From positions 12,758 through 76,757 of the forward strand of contig JBEHWX010000005.1 of NCBI GenBank assembly GCA_048498995.1: 64,000 nucleotides of DNA, read 5' to 3'. The notes beneath the pieces were generated by a model. That model worked only from the letters and a program-made list of their open reading frames with translations, was not told where the DNA came from and ran no database searches. The DNA is from Bacteroidota bacterium. GTDB lineage: Bacteria > Bacteroidota > Ignavibacteria > OLB7. Positions 60,966 to 64,000 of this stretch are shown here, in pieces. The number at the start of each line of letters is the position of its first letter. The stretch's first letter is position 1. Both the position numbers and the translations under genes were made by a program.

Positions 60966-61534
60966 CGATGGAGGAACGGATCACGGCGGTCGGCGCACCG
61001 CAGAACGGACAGGCGCACGCGGTCCACGAGCCCCGGCGGGGATTCCATCCCTCCAGCCCGGCCGCGATGACCGTCTCGATGGCGGTCCGGATCACCCTCG
61101 GCCTGGTCTTCCTGATCGCCGGCGCCGAGAAGCTGACGGCGCTCGATGCCTTCGGCCACGCCATCTATAACTACAGGATTCTCCCCCTCTCGATGGTGAA
61201 CATCGCCGCCCTCCTCTTCGTCTGGACGGAGATCGTGGCCGGCGTGCTCCTGCTGGCGGGGGTCGCGGTTCGCGGCGCGGCGCTGGTGACCGCGCTCCTC
61301 CTCGCTCTTTTCCTGGTCGCGATTCTGAGCGCCATGGCGCGCGGCCTGACCATCGACTGCGGATGCTTCGTCTCGGCCAAGGATATCGCCGCCGGCGGTG
61401 GCGAGAAGGTCGGCTGGAAGAAGGTAGTCGAGGATCTGGCGCTGTTGGCCGGCGGCATCTTCCTGATCTACTATCCGAAATCGTATCTCTCGCTCGAGCG
61501 GCTCCTCAGGGAGCGACCGGCCGCCGAGGGATAG
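60962..61534 (+). CDS. MauE/DoxX family membrane protein
   Basis: ATGA overlap with the rhodanese gene. Four TM segments and the GLTIDCGCF motif. Confidence 0.75.
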   Translation: MTMEERITAVGAPQNGQAHAVHEPRRGFHPSSPAAMTVSMAVRITLGLVFLIAGAEKLTALDAFGHAIYNYRILPLSMVNIAALLFVWTEIVAGVLLLAGVAVRGAALVTALLLALFLVAILSAMARGLTIDCGCFVSAKDIAAGGGEKVGWKKVVEDLALLAGGIFLIYYPKSYLSLERLLRERPAAEG

Positions 61535-61658
61535 CCACCGCCGGTCCGGACCGGGCCGGCGTGCGACCGTTGCACGTGACCGTTGCACGCGATCGTATCA
61601 GGGGAAGGGCCGGGGGCACTTCCCCTTTCCATACATCCATTTCCTTCAACCGGTTCCC

Positions 61659-62756
61659 ATGTTCGATCCCAGAAACAAGGCACTGGCCGACAAGATCATC
61701 TCCTACTCGACGAAGACCACCGCCGGGGACAACGTGATGATCGAGCTCTTCGGCACCAACGGCATCCACCTGGCGCAGGAGATGACCCGCGCCGTGCTCG
61801 ACGCCGGAGCGGTTCCCTTCGTCATGATCCGCGACACCGACACCGAGCGGATCATCCGCGAGCGGGGGACGCGCGAGCTCTGGTCGGCGATGCGCGACGT
61901 CAGCGGCCTGCCGCTGATGAAGGAGATGGATGTCTACGTCGGCATCCGCGCCAGCGAGAACATCTACGAGCTGAGCGGCGTCAGCGCCGATGCGGCCAAG
62001 GCCTACGCCGACGAGTACGGCCATCCGGTGCATACCCGCGAGCGAGTGAACAACACCCGCTGGTGCGTGATGCGCTACCCCTCCCCCGCCTTCGCGATGA
62101 ACGCGAAGATGCCGACCCACCTCTTCGCCGACTACTACTACAACGCCTGCCTGCTCGACTACTCCCTGCTGGACGAGCGGATGAAGCCGCTGCACGAGCT
62201 GCTGGCCGCCGGCAAGGAGCTTCACCTGGTCGGCGAGGGAACCGATATCCGCTTCTCGATCGAGGGACAGAACTGGATCCCCTGCGCCGGCGACCTCAAC
62301 ATCCCGGATGGCGAGATCTTCTCCTCCCCGATCCTCGAATCGGTCAACGGCACCATCACCTACGTCCCGTCGGTGTATGACGGCAAGCCGTTCGAGTTCG
62401 TCAAGCTGGTGGTGAAGGATGGCGTGGTGACCGATTTCGATTCGAGCAACCAGCCGGCGCTCGAGGCGATCCTCTCCACCGACGAGGGAGCCCGCCGCTT
62501 CGGCGAGTTCTCCTTCGGCACCAATCCCTACATCGATCGCCCGATGTACGATATCCTCTTCGACGAGAAGATCTGGGGCTCGAACCACCTGACCCTGGGG
62601 CAGGCCTACGATATCGCGCCGAACGGGAACGCCAGCTCGATCCACTGGGATCTGGTCTGCATCGGCGCCGATGTCTACCTGGACGGCGAACTGATCCGGA
62701 AGGGACGCAACTTCGTTCACGAGAAGCTGACCCCCCTCAACCCCGAGAACTTCTGA
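61659..62756 (+). CDS. Aminopeptidase, M29 (AmpS/PepS) family
   Basis: Length and motifs match: NIPDGEIFSSP, EFSFGTNP, SIHWDLV. Confidence 0.8.
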   Translation: MFDPRNKALADKIISYSTKTTAGDNVMIELFGTNGIHLAQEMTRAVLDAGAVPFVMIRDTDTERIIRERGTRELWSAMRDVSGLPLMKEMDVYVGIRASENIYELSGVSADAAKAYADEYGHPVHTRERVNNTRWCVMRYPSPAFAMNAKMPTHLFADYYYNACLLDYSLLDERMKPLHELLAAGKELHLVGEGTDIRFSIEGQNWIPCAGDLNIPDGEIFSSPILESVNGTITYVPSVYDGKPFEFVKLVVKDGVVTDFDSSNQPALEAILSTDEGARRFGEFSFGTNPYIDRPMYDILFDEKIWGSNHLTLGQAYDIAPNGNASSIHWDLVCIGADVYLDGELIRKGRNFVHEKLTPLNPENF

Positions 62757-62858
62757 GCCGGGCGATGCGCGACGCATCGCTTCCGCGCGGTAACGACGAA
62801 GGGCGGTCCCGATGGACCGCCCTTCCTGTTTCATGGTCATACCCCGGCAATCCGGAGA

Positions 62859-64000
62859 TCAGGAGCCCTCCGGCTCGTCCGGCACCGTGCTTCCGTCGGG
62901 AGCCACGCGCCGGAACTCGACGCGGATCCTCCGCTTGGTTCCCTCGTCCTCCTCGCCGTCGCTGGAAACCAGCTCGCTCACGTTGCCGCTGACGGCGCGC
63001 CACTTGATCAGCCCGCGCTTCACGAGCGCCGTGTAGGCATCCACCTTCTTCTTCGACGAGCCGGTCATGATCTGATCGAGGTACTGCATCGTGTAGAAGG
63101 CGCGCAGCCCGGCCAGCTTGAAGTTGTCGAGCGACTCGCCATGCTGCACCGTGTGCTCGGTGCCGGCGGAGTCGAGGAAGCTGGTCGGCTTCTCGTAGTA
63201 ATACCCCTCGATCGGGCGCGGATCGGTGTAGGCGCGCACGGTGATCTCCAGATACTCCTGCGGCCGCGGGTTGGAGCTGTCCAGATACCGCAGATACTGC
63301 GGGAAGTAGGTCGTCGTGCAGAGCTTCGCGAACTCGGCGAACGCCGCCTCGGCCTGCTTGGCCATCTTCGCGTAGCGATCGTACATGTCCTGATCGGTCG
63401 CCACGTTGGCGATGTAGGTCTGCGTCTTCAGATCCCCCTTCGACTGCCGCTTCTTCAGATCCTCCAGCGACTTCACCGTGTTCGTCCGGTAGTAGCCGCT
63501 GACGAACATCGGCAGCCGGACGTTGTCGAAGCCGTTGACGAAATGGGGCGGCTTCGGGGGAGGCGGAGGAGGAGGCGGGGGTGGTGGTGGCGGCGGCGGG
63601 GGCGGAGGAGGCACCACGCCGAAGTTCGCCGCGTAGGTCACCACCGTGTCGATCGGGAACTGGCTCACCTGAAAGGCGCGGCGCTCGCCGAGCGAGGGCA
63701 CCGTCACCTCGAAGCCGTACGCGCGGCCGCCGAGCAGCGGCAGCTCCACCGAGCGGTCGGAGGAGAGATCGAGGTCCGCCACCGTGATGCCGAGCTCCGG
63801 ATCGGTCACCTTCACCTTCCCCGCCAGCGAGGTGCCGGAGAGCGTGTCCCGCAGATCGACATGGAAGAGGGAATAATCCGGGGCGAAGATGTTCGGCGTG
63901 GCCTGGTAGATGTCGAAGCCCCCCTTCCCTCCCGGACGATCGGAGGCGAAGTAGCAGACGCGCCGCCCCACGCCGACGAAGAAGAGCTCGTTGGCCGAGG
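62859..64000 (-). CDS. PD40(TolB-like)-repeat / poly-proline linker / OmpA-like C-terminal domain protein (5' end outside the window)
   Basis: The frame stays open to the window edge (..SANELFFVGVGRRVCYFASDRPGGKGGFDIY, a PD40-type repeat end). It includes a 19-Pro run followed by KPP. The C-terminal region has FKLAGLRAFYTMQYLDQ, resembling the OmpA-like LSxxRA motif. Confidence 0.7.
   Translation of the reverse strand, partial: SANELFFVGVGRRVCYFASDRPGGKGGFDIYQATPNIFAPDYSLFHVDLRDTLSGTSLAGKVKVTDPELGITVADLDLSSDRSVELPLLGGRAYGFEVTVPSLGERRAFQVSQFPIDTVVTYAANFGVVPPPPPPPPPPPPPPPPPPPKPPHFVNGFDNVRLPMFVSGYYRTNTVKSLEDLKKRQSKGDLKTQTYIANVATDQDMYDRYAKMAKQAEAAFAEFAKLCTTTYFPQYLRYLDSSNPRPQEYLEITVRAYTDPRPIEGYYYEKPTSFLDSAGTEHTVQHGESLDNFKLAGLRAFYTMQYLDQIMTGSSKKKVDAYTALVKRGLIKWRAVSGNVSELVSSDGEEDEGTKRRIRVEFRRVAPDGSTVPDEPEGS
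63555..63611 (-). repeat. Homopolymeric proline-coding tract (19 consecutive Pro codons)
   Basis: The plus strand is a purine-rich gg[agc] run, cgggggaggcggaggaggaggcgggggtggtggtggcggcggcgggggcggaggagg. Mixed CCN codons are used. Confidence 0.9.

Noticed and set aside
1-64000. Search for tRNA/rRNA genes, CRISPR arrays, integrases or IS elements
   Set aside because: I found no T-arm-like GGTTCGAAT/cloverleaf candidates outside CDSs, no 16S/23S-like stretches, no repeat-spacer arrays and no transposase or integrase motifs by eye. A tRNAscan-SE/Infernal run would be needed for certainty.

Overview
High-GC bacterial chromosomal window with about 40 supportable protein genes. I saw no rRNA, tRNA, CRISPR array or transposase. 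Three large secreted proteins end in T9SS-type C-terminal sorting domains, which suggests an FCB-superphylum organism (Bacteroidota/Ignavibacteriota/Gemmatimonadota-like); this lineage call is inference only. Housekeeping content: purN-queF-queD-queC, transaldolase, panB, a lipoate-ligase family gene, mpl, ptsI, pta, hpnC-hpnD (squalene synthesis), an ABC-2 exporter pair, an ECF sigma/anti-sigma pair, rhodanese+MauE/DoxX, an M29 aminopeptidase, a serpin lipoprotein and an AddB-like nuclease. The accessory left third is the most unusual part. (i) A 3,628-aa secreted protein (453..11339, minus strand) is built almost entirely from a 10-residue/30-nt repeat (consensus KLADGSVTTA), with tail-fibre-like punctuation motifs and nested long duplications. 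(ii) Divergently transcribed next to it is a tight plus-strand operon (12755..17626). It encodes three proteins sharing a short helix motif (x-A-x-x-x-x-[DEN]-[AV]-Q-x-x-L-D) followed by a beta-rich segment, a leaderless GH23 lytic-transglycosylase protein, and a leaderless papain-like (C1) cysteine peptidase. I regard this operon, possibly together with the giant fibre, as the best candidate for an undescribed system; its function is unknown. Other points worth a second look: two tandem T9SS giants with a shared N-terminal module, an EPSP-synthase-fold protein with its catalytic motifs substituted, a QueF with an ~80-aa basic tail, and a 19-proline linker. The very long ORFs antisense to the repeat genes are high-GC shadow ORFs.
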